Shown here: one piece after another, positions 1-8,037 of the stretch
Numbering within the stretch: position 1 is the first letter of the stretch
Layout: every line of letters starts with the position of its first letter
Virus record (IMG/VR): IMGVR_UViG_3300026235_000001
Location: 1-39,959 of that record
DNA length: 39,959 nt
Origin: a virus
Reading direction: 5' to 3' (one strand)
Made by a program: the position numbers and the translations under genes
Notes under the pieces: generated by a model
Seen by the model: only the letters and a program-made list of their open reading frames with translations
Database searches by the model: none
Told to the model about the DNA's origin: nothing

Positions 1-99
1 CATGATAATTCACGTCGTGATAATTCATAGTATCAATTTTCGCACACTAACAAGTACTAATATATAACAAGTACTAATCTATAACAATATGGTGCTACG
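1..99. repeat. Terminal overlap: nt 1-99 identical to nt 39861-39959 (circular or terminally redundant genome)
   Basis: Direct comparison of both ends. The iteron array 39831-39860 continues seamlessly in 1-30. Confidence 0.95.
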
Positions 100-200
100 C
101 ACACTAACCGACAACAATCTAGAGCCTACCGGCACTAACTAACAATAACTACTAACTGATAACAATACAGTAGTAGTTAGAAGAATAAGAGAGGTAAAAA
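31..200 (+). promoter_or_regulatory. AT-rich short-repeat half of the putative ori
   Basis: cgcacactaac at 41-51 and 98-108; aacaagtactaat at 49-61 and 66-78; several ataacaat / actaac copies up to about 180. There is no ORF. Confidence 0.55.
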
Positions 201-202
201 AC

Positions 203-346
203 ATGAAAAAACTATTTGGATGGATTTGGAGCAAAAAGCAAAATGAAGTAGAAGTCTTCGAGGTAAGACCATATCGCATGATTGACGAAAAGGTACGAGA
301 GTTTAACGCTGACCACGGCTTGCCATTAGATCAATTAGTGGGGTAA
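203..346 (+). CDS. Hypothetical 47-aa protein (MKKLFGWIWSKKQNEVEVFEV...)
   Basis: ORF below the track cutoff. SD gagagg lies 8 nt upstream of ATG 203; stop TAA at 344-346. Confidence 0.4.
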   Translation: MKKLFGWIWSKKQNEVEVFEVRPYRMIDEKVREFNADHGLPLDQLVG

Positions 347-349
347 CTC

Positions 350-469
350 ATGAAGCTACTAAGAAAACTATTTTCCAAGAAAAAACCTAAAGAGCCAGAA
401 TACTTTTTCGAGGTGGTGGAGACACCAGAAGAAAAGAGCGAACGGCTCAAACAGAAATACAGCAAATAA
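350..469 (+). CDS. Hypothetical 39-aa protein (MKLLRKLFSKKKPKEPEYFFEVV...), weak paralog of the preceding micro-ORF
   Basis: Starts 4 nt after the previous stop. Both share an N-terminal basic segment followed by an E-x-F-E-V motif. Confidence 0.35.
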   Translation: MKLLRKLFSKKKPKEPEYFFEVVETPEEKSERLKQKYSK

Positions 470-478
470 TATCAACCT

Positions 479-634
479 TTCAACGTGCAGCCACGGCCTC
501 ATCGTGGAGTGTAACTTATACCCATAATTTTTCCCCAAAAAACTTTACTAAATTAGTTTTTTCCTAATATTCCCATTTTACAGTCTAATAAAACATTGAA
601 ATATTCTGCGGTGGGGCTATGGGTGCACGTTGAA
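479..634 (+). promoter_or_regulatory. Long-range imperfect helix (479-512 pairs with 601-634) in the leader of the adhesin gene
   Basis: Of 34 positions, 25 are Watson-Crick, 7 are G-T (G-U only on the plus-strand RNA) and 2 are mismatches. The outer 11 bp, ttcaacgtgca/tgcacgttgaa, are perfect. Confidence 0.5.
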
Positions 635-640
635 TGTACT

Positions 641-667
641 AAAAAAAGCATGGGTTAGGGCCCATGC
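641..667 (-). terminator. GC-rich hairpin gcatggg/cccatgc preceded by A7 (reads as hairpin + T7 on the minus strand)
   Basis: Stem 648-654/661-667, A-run 641-647. There is no minus-strand gene to terminate nearby, so it may be a cassette relic or a 5'-UTR hairpin. Confidence 0.3.
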
Positions 668-695
668 AAGAAATAACATCTAAGGAGATTATACC

Positions 696-2540
696 ATGAA
701 ATCTTTTAACACTCAAACAACTTCAAAACCTAGCTACGTTAAAACTAAAGCCTACGGGCTTTGCGGCACGCTCGCACTTGCCACAGCTCTACTTATTGGA
801 GCTGGTGCAGTATCAGCGGATGAAACTACTGAAACAGTGGTAGACACTCAACCAACTGTTGCTAATGTATATACAGCAGATAATGCGGGTAATGTTACAG
901 TAACACCATCTGAAACTGCGACACCAATGGAAACTCCAGCACCGGTTGAAGCTCAACCTATTGCGGAAACTCCAGCTCCTGTCGTGGAAAATACAGTAGC
1001 AGCTACAGAAGCACCAGCTGCACCTACTACAGTCACTAAACAAGGTGACACGATCAATGTCGAAAACCCTAATGTTGATGTTACTTTCCCGAATGGTACA
1101 GGTAAATATAGCTCGTTTAATGTGGAATACAAAGATATCAACATCCCAGATGATATCGCAGTTAATGAGGGCGACAAGGTAACCTTTGACTTGCCTGAAG
1201 AAGTAAAATTCCAAACTTCTTACGAGTTTGATGTACATAACCCTGAAAATGCAGTTGTTGGTAAAGCTACAGCGGATGCTACCACTAACAAGGTGACAAC
1301 TGTATTCAATGACTATTTCAAATCACACCCTTTGAATAAGATCATGAACTTGAAACTAGATGCAAGCTGGACGGACAAAGTTGAAAGCGGTAAACCAGTA
1401 AATGTTAATTTTAACGGTACAGTCGTATCTGCAACTATCGGCAAAGAACAAGTCATCGGTAAAGATGAGTTGCTTGCAAAATGGGGATTTCAAGACAAAG
1501 AAGACCCTACTGTGATTAACTGGACTGCTCGTGTCAATTACGCTCACCGTATTTTGAACCATGTCACAATCATTGACGAAATGAGCGATAACCAAAAGCT
1601 AGTAGATGATTACTTTGAAATCAAGAACATTGAAAGTTTAGATCCTTGGATTGACAAAGGTTCCGCTATGGACTTAGTTAAGTCTATCTCAAAATCTGAG
1701 CATGGTTTTGAAATCAAAATGGACCGTTTAGACCACATGATTTATCTATACTACAAAACTAAACTCGTAAACGCTGTTAAGGACTCAACTAATCCAACTA
1801 ACAAAATTGAGCTTAAAGCTGAAAATGATGGTTCTGTTGCATATCAAAAAATTCAGCTTGTCGGTGGCCGTGGTGATGCGTCTGGTGAGAACAAGCCTGA
1901 ACCAACATTTGAAATTCCTCGTGAAGCTCCAAAAGTTGGAATCCCTGAATTTAACGGTGGCATTCCGGGTATTCCTGAAGAACGTGTAAAACCAGAATAT
2001 ACTGAGCCAATCGGAACAGTACCGAACGAAGCGCCAGTTTTGGATAAACCAGAGTGGAACGGTGGAACAGTACCGTTCGACGCTCCGAAATACGATAAGC
2101 CCGAATGGAACGGGGGCGTTATTCCTAATGATGCGCCACAGTATGATAAACCCGAATGGCATGGCGGAACAACTCCATTCGATGCACCAAGCATTGATAA
2201 ACCTGAATGGTCAGGCGGTGTCGTACCTAATGAAGCTCCAATCCTCGATAAACCTGAGTTGATTATCGAGATTCCTGAAGAACCAGTTAAACCAACTACG
2301 CCATCAGAAAACACCCCTAACAAGCCCGCAACACCTCGTGAAGATAAAGAGGTACAAACTACCACAGTTACTTACAAACTCGAATCTGAGCCAAAACAAG
2401 TGGCAAATACGCCAGTTTATAAAGCCGCACTTCCTAACACTGGTGAAAAAGAAGGAATTGCTAGCACTTTAGGACTTGTAGTCATTGCAGCAGGTATCAC
2501 AGCACTAACTCTTGGATTTAAGGAATATAACGAAAAATAA
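696..2540 (+). CDS. LPXTG cell-wall-anchored surface protein with a Cna/Ace-type collagen-binding-like A domain
   Basis: SD aaggag. Signal peptide ending ...IGAGAVSADE. A-domain motifs: NEGDKVTFDLPEEV, VVGKATADATTNKVTTVFNDYF, INWTARVNY, VTIIDEMSDNQKL. Four 17-aa DKPEWxGGxxPxxAPxx repeats (2043-2246). LPNTG (2430-2444) is followed by a hydrophobic helix and a KEYNEK tail. Confidence 0.85.
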   Translation: MKSFNTQTTSKPSYVKTKAYGLCGTLALATALLIGAGAVSADETTETVVDTQPTVANVYTADNAGNVTVTPSETATPMETPAPVEAQPIAETPAPVVENTVAATEAPAAPTTVTKQGDTINVENPNVDVTFPNGTGKYSSFNVEYKDINIPDDIAVNEGDKVTFDLPEEVKFQTSYEFDVHNPENAVVGKATADATTNKVTTVFNDYFKSHPLNKIMNLKLDASWTDKVESGKPVNVNFNGTVVSATIGKEQVIGKDELLAKWGFQDKEDPTVINWTARVNYAHRILNHVTIIDEMSDNQKLVDDYFEIKNIESLDPWIDKGSAMDLVKSISKSEHGFEIKMDRLDHMIYLYYKTKLVNAVKDSTNPTNKIELKAENDGSVAYQKIQLVGGRGDASGENKPEPTFEIPREAPKVGIPEFNGGIPGIPEERVKPEYTEPIGTVPNEAPVLDKPEWNGGTVPFDAPKYDKPEWNGGVIPNDAPQYDKPEWHGGTTPFDAPSIDKPEWSGGVVPNEAPILDKPELIIEIPEEPVKPTTPSENTPNKPATPREDKEVQTTTVTYKLESEPKQVANTPVYKAALPNTGEKEGIASTLGLVVIAAGITALTLGFKEYNEK

Positions 2541-2575
2541 TTAATTTTGCAGTGGTGGGAGGGTAGGCATTAAAC

Positions 2576-2758
2576 ATGGAACAAGAAACTTATGAAGTCG
2601 AGAACCGTTGGCGGAACAAGTACATGAATTTAGGTCGTGAGCTGGGCGAGATTATCAACAGTCAGCAAGACAGAATCTTGTCGCTAGCTCAAGAGAACAC
2701 CAAGCTCAAAAGGGAGCTTTGGTACCTAAAAAAGTCGAAGGGCAGAAAATGGCTCTAA
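2576..2758 (+). CDS. Hypothetical 60-aa protein
   Basis: ORF with SD gggaggg upstream. Charged sequence, possibly coiled coil. Confidence 0.5.
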   Translation: MEQETYEVENRWRNKYMNLGRELGEIINSQQDRILSLAQENTKLKRELWYLKKSKGRKWL

Positions 2759-2871
2759 AATCGCTTGTAACCGTCCTAAATAATCTAGTGGCACAATTAC
2801 ACTAGAGAAACGGTAAAACGGCAAATAACCCCCAAAATTTGAGAATTAGGGGTATTTAAAAAGGATATGAC

Positions 2872-3570
2872 ATGGAAGAAATGACATTTACAGAGTTGCA
2901 ACAACGGATGCAGCTTAAAAAAAAGAAAGAAGGGACTGCCAAGTACGCTTCAAGGCACGCCGAGGACATTTACAACGTTTTTAAAAGTTTGAAATCAAAT
3001 TGGAGCGTAGTAGTCAACTATGATCTAGTCGAATTTTCTGGCAAGGTTTTTATCAAGGCTATTGCAACGGCATCTAACCGAGAGGAGAAAGAGCAAGCAG
3101 TAGCGTTCGCAGAATTATCTCCCGTACCGATTTTGAAAACCCGCAACGGAGATTTAAAGCAAATGAATGAGCCGCAGTGGGTAGGAGCCGTACAATCATA
3201 CGCCGGCAAGTACGCCTTGCAAGCACTGTTTGCAATCGGCGAGGAAGATGTGGACCATTTTGAAGTGGCAGAGGAAAGTTTGAGACCAAACCAACCTCAC
3301 AACCCTCAACCACATCAAAATCAACAACCGCAACAAGCGCAACCCCAACCACAAAACAATCAACAACCTAACTTCATTAGCAACGAGCAACATGACGCAA
3401 TCATGCAGCAAGTCAATGAGCTAGCTTTAATCACTGGTCAAGCAACCGAAACAGTAGCGAATTACTACATGAAGAAGTACAAGCTCAATGACTTCCATGA
3501 GTTGCTAGTGGCAGGTTTTAACGTGGTATCTAACGACATTAAAACACAAATTAACAACCGAAAGGGATAG
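2872..3570 (+). CDS. Single-strand annealing recombinase (ERF/Rad52-like)
   Basis: The core QWVGAVQSYAGKYALQALFAIGEEDVD resembles the conserved SSAP motif. It has a Q/P-rich linker and sits upstream of the DUF1351-like and SSB genes. Confidence 0.6.
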   Translation: MEEMTFTELQQRMQLKKKKEGTAKYASRHAEDIYNVFKSLKSNWSVVVNYDLVEFSGKVFIKAIATASNREEKEQAVAFAELSPVPILKTRNGDLKQMNEPQWVGAVQSYAGKYALQALFAIGEEDVDHFEVAEESLRPNQPHNPQPHQNQQPQQAQPQPQNNQQPNFISNEQHDAIMQQVNELALITGQATETVANYYMKKYKLNDFHELLVAGFNVVSNDIKTQINNRKG

Positions 3571-3573
3571 GAC

Positions 3574-4545
3574 ATGAAGGACGTAACAAACAATTTTCTT
3601 GAAACGATTGAACCGGTCTATACACCGGGGACAATCAACTTTGATTTTGACAAATTCGATGCAGCTATTCAAGCGGCAGTTAGCGAGCTATCAGACGAAC
3701 AACTAGATCAACTTGAATATGACGATATTAAGAAGGAGTTTAGACGTTTCAATAGCTTATTGACGAAACTTGAAACTAAACGCAAAGATATCGCCAAAGT
3801 CTACAAGAATCCACTGACTGAGTTTGAAGCTAATTTCAAAAAGTCAAAAGGGCCTTTGGAAACACTTTTGAAAACGCTGAGCAACAAACGAGACGAGATC
3901 GACGAACACCAAAGACTGCTCCGAGTTGACCACGTTAGAGCTGTATTTGAAGAAAAGTGCGAGCTTGCCGGACTGGATAAGGACACATTTGAAGACAAGT
4001 ACGACGGCTATTCTTTGAAGAAGCATTTCAAAAACAAGAAGATGGAACTCAAAAAAGAAACCATCGAAGAAATCGACGCTCTTGTTTTGGCTGAGTATGA
4101 CCGACTTGAAGAATACAAGGCAAATATCGCCATGATTGAGGAGCAATCTCTTGATTATGAGTTGCCAGCGGAACCATACACTAGAGCGCTACAGAACGAT
4201 ACACCTCTAGTTGAAATCTTGCAGCAAATGAAGAAGGACCGTGATGCAGCTATTGAACGCAAGCAGCAAGCAGAAGCCAAAGCGAAAGCAGAAGCGGCAC
4301 GCCTAGCAGAAATTGAAGCCATGGCTAAACAGTCAGCTAGCGAGGAAATCAAGGCGGTTAACGCTGAAACTGGTGAGGTTATCGAAGACACTAAACCCGT
4401 CGAGGAAGTACCTGGCAAACCCGCTGGACCGTACAAGGTCAATCTTGCTCTTACTTTCCACGGCGGAGAGAATCAATGGCATCAATTCGCTAAGCTGTTG
4501 GATGACAACTTTGTTAACTACGAAATCTTAGGAGAAAATCAATGA
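3574..4545 (+). CDS. DUF1351-like phage protein
   Basis: 323 aa, coiled-coil rich. This is the typical partner gene between the ERF-type recombinase and SSB in streptococcal phages. Confidence 0.5.
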   Translation: MKDVTNNFLETIEPVYTPGTINFDFDKFDAAIQAAVSELSDEQLDQLEYDDIKKEFRRFNSLLTKLETKRKDIAKVYKNPLTEFEANFKKSKGPLETLLKTLSNKRDEIDEHQRLLRVDHVRAVFEEKCELAGLDKDTFEDKYDGYSLKKHFKNKKMELKKETIEEIDALVLAEYDRLEEYKANIAMIEEQSLDYELPAEPYTRALQNDTPLVEILQQMKKDRDAAIERKQQAEAKAKAEAARLAEIEAMAKQSASEEIKAVNAETGEVIEDTKPVEEVPGKPAGPYKVNLALTFHGGENQWHQFAKLLDDNFVNYEILGENQ

Positions 4546-5042
4546 TCAATAATGTCGTATTGGTTGGAAGAACAACCAAAGACCCAGAGCTACGCTATAC
4601 GCCTAGCAATGTCGCAGTAGCTACGTTTAGCCTAGCCGTTAACCGCAATTTCAAGGACGCTAACGGCGAACGTGAAACTGACTTTATCAACTGCGTTATC
4701 TGGCGTCAGCAAGCTGAGAATTTGGCTAACTGGGCCAAAAAAGGTGCATTGATTGGAATTACTGGGCGCATTCAGACCCGTAGCTATGAGAATCAGCAAG
4801 GTCAACGAGTGTATGTGACTGAGGTAGTCGCTGAGAACTTCCAAATGTTGGAGAGCCGTGCGGCGCGTGAAGGTAGTAATGCAAACCAAGGCAACACGTC
4901 TGGAGCGTTTGGCAATGACGGCTATGCAGGGCCTTATGGTCAGCAAGCACCGCAACAACAAAGGCCAAACTTTGCGAGTGATATCAGCCCATACGGGAAC
5001 AGTAACCCAATGGACATCACTAGTGACGATTTACCCTTCTAA
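4542..5042 (+). CDS. ssb: Single-stranded DNA-binding protein
   Basis: OB-fold N-terminus [21 protein letters not shown]...[13 protein letters not shown], a G/Q/P-rich linker and an acidic C-terminal tail DDLPF. Confidence 0.95.
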   Translation: MINNVVLVGRTTKDPELRYTPSNVAVATFSLAVNRNFKDANGERETDFINCVIWRQQAENLANWAKKGALIGITGRIQTRSYENQQGQRVYVTEVVAENFQMLESRAAREGSNANQGNTSGAFGNDGYAGPYGQQAPQQQRPNFASDISPYGNSNPMDITSDDLPF

Positions 5043-5054
5043 TTTGGTGAAAAC

Positions 5055-5516
5055 ATGAAAATGATTTTAAACATCGAGCCTAAACCTCAAACAAGGCCAC
5101 GATTCAGCAAGTTTGGAACTTATGAAGACCCTAAAATGAAAGCATGGCGCCGTCAGTGCTCGCAACTTATCGAGCAAGAGTATGAGGGTGATTTCTATGA
5201 CGGGCCGATTTCAGTCGATGTCACCTTTTACATGAAGGCACCGCTGAACGTATCAAAAAAGCCCACGCCAAAAGCTAGAGCTAAAACGTGGGACGCATTC
5301 AAGAAATTCATGTCTGAAAGACTTTGGCATGCGAAAATCCCGGACGTTGACAATCTGGTCAAATCGCTATTTGACAGTATCTCAAAGGCTGGATACAACA
5401 AAGTTGATAAGAAAGGGATTGTTTGGACTGATGATAGTATTGTCTGCGATTTAAGAGCTCGCAAGAAGTACAGTCCTAACCCACGCATTGAATTTGAAAT
5501 TACGGAGTTGGAATGA
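5055..5516 (+). CDS. rusA: RusA-family Holliday junction resolvase
   Basis: PKPQTRPRF near the N-terminus and DVDNLVKSLFDSISKAG...VWTDDSIV, a catalytic Asp motif typical of RusA. Confidence 0.8.
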   Translation: MKMILNIEPKPQTRPRFSKFGTYEDPKMKAWRRQCSQLIEQEYEGDFYDGPISVDVTFYMKAPLNVSKKPTPKARAKTWDAFKKFMSERLWHAKIPDVDNLVKSLFDSISKAGYNKVDKKGIVWTDDSIVCDLRARKKYSPNPRIEFEITELE

Positions 5517-5755
5517 ACAGCAAATATAAAGACAAGCTAGTCGGTGTATATGCTCCGGGCAGTTACGACCACACAAGCGTATTAGGTCAAACGCAAGAGT
5601 TTTCGAAGTGGTTTTGGGCTAATCACGAGGATATGGAATATATCAGCGCCAAGCTAGGCATCAACGTAAAGAAACTCAATCGCATTCTAACGCTGGAGCA
5701 GTTACCGGACGAAGAATTACTGAAAGGAATGATGGAATTATGCGATACAAAGTAA
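5513..5755 (+). CDS. Hypothetical protein
   Basis: 80-aa ORF whose start overlaps the rusA stop. Confidence 0.5.
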   Translation: MNSKYKDKLVGVYAPGSYDHTSVLGQTQEFSKWFWANHEDMEYISAKLGINVKKLNRILTLEQLPDEELLKGMMELCDTK

Positions 5756-5898
5756 TCGTTTACTACGACAATATGGAAGATAGTGAGCATATTTTCAATA
5801 ACAAAAACGACGCTATCAACGAACTGCATCGCTTAAGAGGTGTTAAATATCGTAATTCAAGAATGTATACAGTGGAGTTGGAAGAGGTGGAAGCATGA
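5740..5898 (+). CDS. Hypothetical 52-aa protein (MRYKVIVYYDNMEDSEH...)
   Basis: ORF below the track cutoff. It fills the gap, and its TGA overlaps ATG 5895 (ATGA coupling). Confidence 0.45.
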   Translation: MRYKVIVYYDNMEDSEHIFNNKNDAINELHRLRGVKYRNSRMYTVELEEVEA

Positions 5899-6287
5899 AC
5901 AAATTAAGTAAAATGGCAATTATTGCTGTAAGTGGTTTATTATTTTTAACTGGTTGCTCAGAGGCAAATAGAGTATCTGAAAATTTATCTCAAGAGTCGG
6001 ATAACTTTAATGTTGTTCGAAAAGTAACGGTGATTGATGCTATTACAAATGACGTAATGTTCCAAATGAGCGGTAGGATGTCCATCAAGGCTGATACTCA
6101 TGATAAACAACTTGAAATTGTTGTAGAAAATGGTAAGAACAAATATCAAAAGCATATTATCGGTTTGTCAGATAATGTCTCTTATGTAGTAGAAGATGTT
6201 GAAGTACCGAATGTTTCAAAATACAAATATGAGATCAATTACAACCCTAAAATGTGGGTGCCTGCAAAACTTAAAAATGTCGATTAA
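5895..6287 (+). CDS. Phage-encoded lipoprotein
   Basis: Signal peptide with lipobox LLFLTGC|SE (MNKLSKMAIIAVSGLLFLTGCSEANR). Confidence 0.75.
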   Translation: MNKLSKMAIIAVSGLLFLTGCSEANRVSENLSQESDNFNVVRKVTVIDAITNDVMFQMSGRMSIKADTHDKQLEIVVENGKNKYQKHIIGLSDNVSYVVEDVEVPNVSKYKYEINYNPKMWVPAKLKNVD

Positions 6288-6300
6288 GGGAGAAAGTAGA

Positions 6301-6825
6301 ATGACAAAAGATGAAGCAGTACAGAAGCTATCAAAGGTAGCACGCATTTCGGTAGCTTACGCTGAAGATTTATATGATTCGTTCTTCCCTAAGCCAGTAG
6401 TGCCGCAATTCGTGGCGGATTGGTATGAGGAGAATAAGGATGAATTTTACTTAAACTTGCATAGCTTAGCTTGGGATATGTTCGAAAGTTTGGACGAAAA
6501 TGACTGTGTACCTGAAAAAGCATTAGATGACGATTTCACACGTTGGTATCGCAAAAACAAAAACGCTTTCCAAATCCTCGTCAACATGCACCAGTTTGGT
6601 TATGAGGTCGAGAAAGAGCCTAGATATACGGTTCGAGTGAAAGGGATTGGCGGATACAGTAAATACCTCAATCGAGATACAAAAACTCAAAAATGGCTTT
6701 TTGCATCGAAAACAGAACTTGAAAAATTTCGAGCACACCACACCCGCAAAGAGCTAGAAGATGCTGATTTCGGCTGGGTATTTTCTTGCCCGGGCGTGGA
6801 AGTGAAAGAGGTAACGGATGAATAA
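6301..6825 (+). CDS. DUF1642-like phage protein
   Basis: Start chosen at ATG 6301 (SD gggagaaag). The VVPQFVADWYEENK motif is typical of this family. The track ORF start at 6196 lies inside the lipoprotein gene. Confidence 0.55.
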   Translation: MTKDEAVQKLSKVARISVAYAEDLYDSFFPKPVVPQFVADWYEENKDEFYLNLHSLAWDMFESLDENDCVPEKALDDDFTRWYRKNKNAFQILVNMHQFGYEVEKEPRYTVRVKGIGGYSKYLNRDTKTQKWLFASKTELEKFRAHHTRKELEDADFGWVFSCPGVEVKEVTDE

Positions 6826-7132
6826 CCTAATTACTAGAATCAACCAATGGGCCGATGACCGCAACCTTAAGCAAGCAGACCCAAAAATACAGTGGATGCG
6901 AATCACTGAGGAAGTCGGAGAAATTCGAGATGTACTCTTGAAACCGACTAAATTTACAGAACCGAAAGCAGCACTTAAGGACGCTATCGGGGACACGTTA
7001 GTAACGATTATCGTGCTGGCACATCAACTTGACCTCGATGTAACTGAGTGTCTAAGCATTGCTTATGAGGAAATTAAGAATCGGAAAGGAAAGATGGTAA
7101 ATGGAACATTCGTCAAAGAAGAGGATTTATAA
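6818..7132 (+). CDS. MazG-like nucleotide pyrophosphohydrolase
   Basis: ITEEVGEIRD and AIGDTLVTIIVLAHQLDLD metal-binding helices; size is about 100 aa. Confidence 0.7.
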   Translation: MNNLITRINQWADDRNLKQADPKIQWMRITEEVGEIRDVLLKPTKFTEPKAALKDAIGDTLVTIIVLAHQLDLDVTECLSIAYEEIKNRKGKMVNGTFVKEEDL

Positions 7133-7409
7133 CGAGCTGGCAGTCGCAACGATTCTGTTAGTGGTGTCGCTAGCCATTAACGTGACTACCGTTCTACGAG
7201 TGGTTAATAGACCGATTGAGACGGTGGTAATTCACAAAGCGGATAATGCCGTCGAATTGCATGGCAAGGTTACTGGAAAATCTATGGTCGGGAAACTCTA
7301 CACGCTCGATTGTGGGGCGTATGGCAAGTTCCTAGTAAGCAAGGAACAATACGATAGCGTAGAGGTTGGGGATGATATCCCTAGCTATTTGAAAGGGAGA
7401 GGACAATGA
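7101..7409 (+). CDS. Small membrane protein
   Basis: One N-terminal TM helix, LAVATILLVVSLAINVTTVL. Confidence 0.5.
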   Translation: MEHSSKKRIYNELAVATILLVVSLAINVTTVLRVVNRPIETVVIHKADNAVELHGKVTGKSMVGKLYTLDCGAYGKFLVSKEQYDSVEVGDDIPSYLKGRGQ

Positions 7410-7792
7410 TACCTAGATTTAGAGCGTGGGATAAAATCCATAAAACGATGTATGAAGATGGCGATATTGTATCTATTGACATCGAAAAAAGTCAAATTTG
7501 CGTTAAAACACCTTTCTTTGAGCAATTAAAACGCTACAACTTCAGAGATATTGACCTGATGCAGTCAACTGGCTTCACCGACAAGGATGGCAAGGATATT
7601 TTTAGAGGGGACATCGTTACTTCAAGAAACGACTTGTTTAAAGGAGTTGTTATCCTTAGACAAGACTTAGGAACGTATGTCATTAATCTTATTGGATACA
7701 AAAACTTTGAACGCTTATGTAATGTTGCTGATTCGACGAAGGTTATCGGGAACATCTACACCAATCCGGAACTGGCAGAGGTGAAACAATGA
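7406..7792 (+). CDS. YopX-family protein
   Basis: MIPRFRAWDK..., MQSTGFTDKDGKDIFRGDIV and GNIYTNPEL are hallmark YopX motifs. Confidence 0.8.
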   Translation: MIPRFRAWDKIHKTMYEDGDIVSIDIEKSQICVKTPFFEQLKRYNFRDIDLMQSTGFTDKDGKDIFRGDIVTSRNDLFKGVVILRQDLGTYVINLIGYKNFERLCNVADSTKVIGNIYTNPELAEVKQ

Positions 7793-8037
7793 ACAAACGA
7801 CAACAAAAGAAATCAGTAATGAGAAATGTATCTAAACTTTATGATATGGCTTTCGAGCGAGAGCGTTTTAGAAGAGATGTAGCTATTATTTGTGGTAGAG
7901 GTCCAAGAAATACAAGAGTGCTTACGACAATGGCGGTTAAGAGAGCTGTGTACGAATACGCCCCATTCGAAGCCGTTGAAATAACATTAGAGGGATATAT
8001 CGCAGACCGCCAAGTGATACAGGAGCGTGAGTCATGA
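7789..8037 (+). CDS. Hypothetical protein
   Basis: 82-aa ORF with overlapping start and stop codons on both sides. Confidence 0.5.
   Translation: MNKRQQKKSVMRNVSKLYDMAFERERFRRDVAIICGRGPRNTRVLTTMAVKRAVYEYAPFEAVEITLEGYIADRQVIQERES

Noticed and set aside
1-99. attL/attR or a biological direct terminal repeat as the explanation for the identical 99-bp ends
   Set aside because: int and the candidate attP are internal (near 34.4 kb). Gene modules and the iteron array read straight through the junction. The simplest explanation is a circular assembly overlap. Raw-read termini would be needed to prove a true DTR.
1853-2365. Antisense or alternative-frame ORFs inside long genes (e.g. 813-1238, 1853-2365, 19371-19889, 21156-21587, 36897-37241, 30055-30418)
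   Set aside because: These are shadow ORFs within strongly supported genes. They arise from repeat or low-complexity codon composition and have no SD.
6196-6300. N-terminal extension of the DUF1642-like ORF (track start 6196)
   Set aside because: The extension overlaps the lipoprotein gene in another frame and lacks an SD. ATG 6301 has a good SD and starts the conserved sequence.
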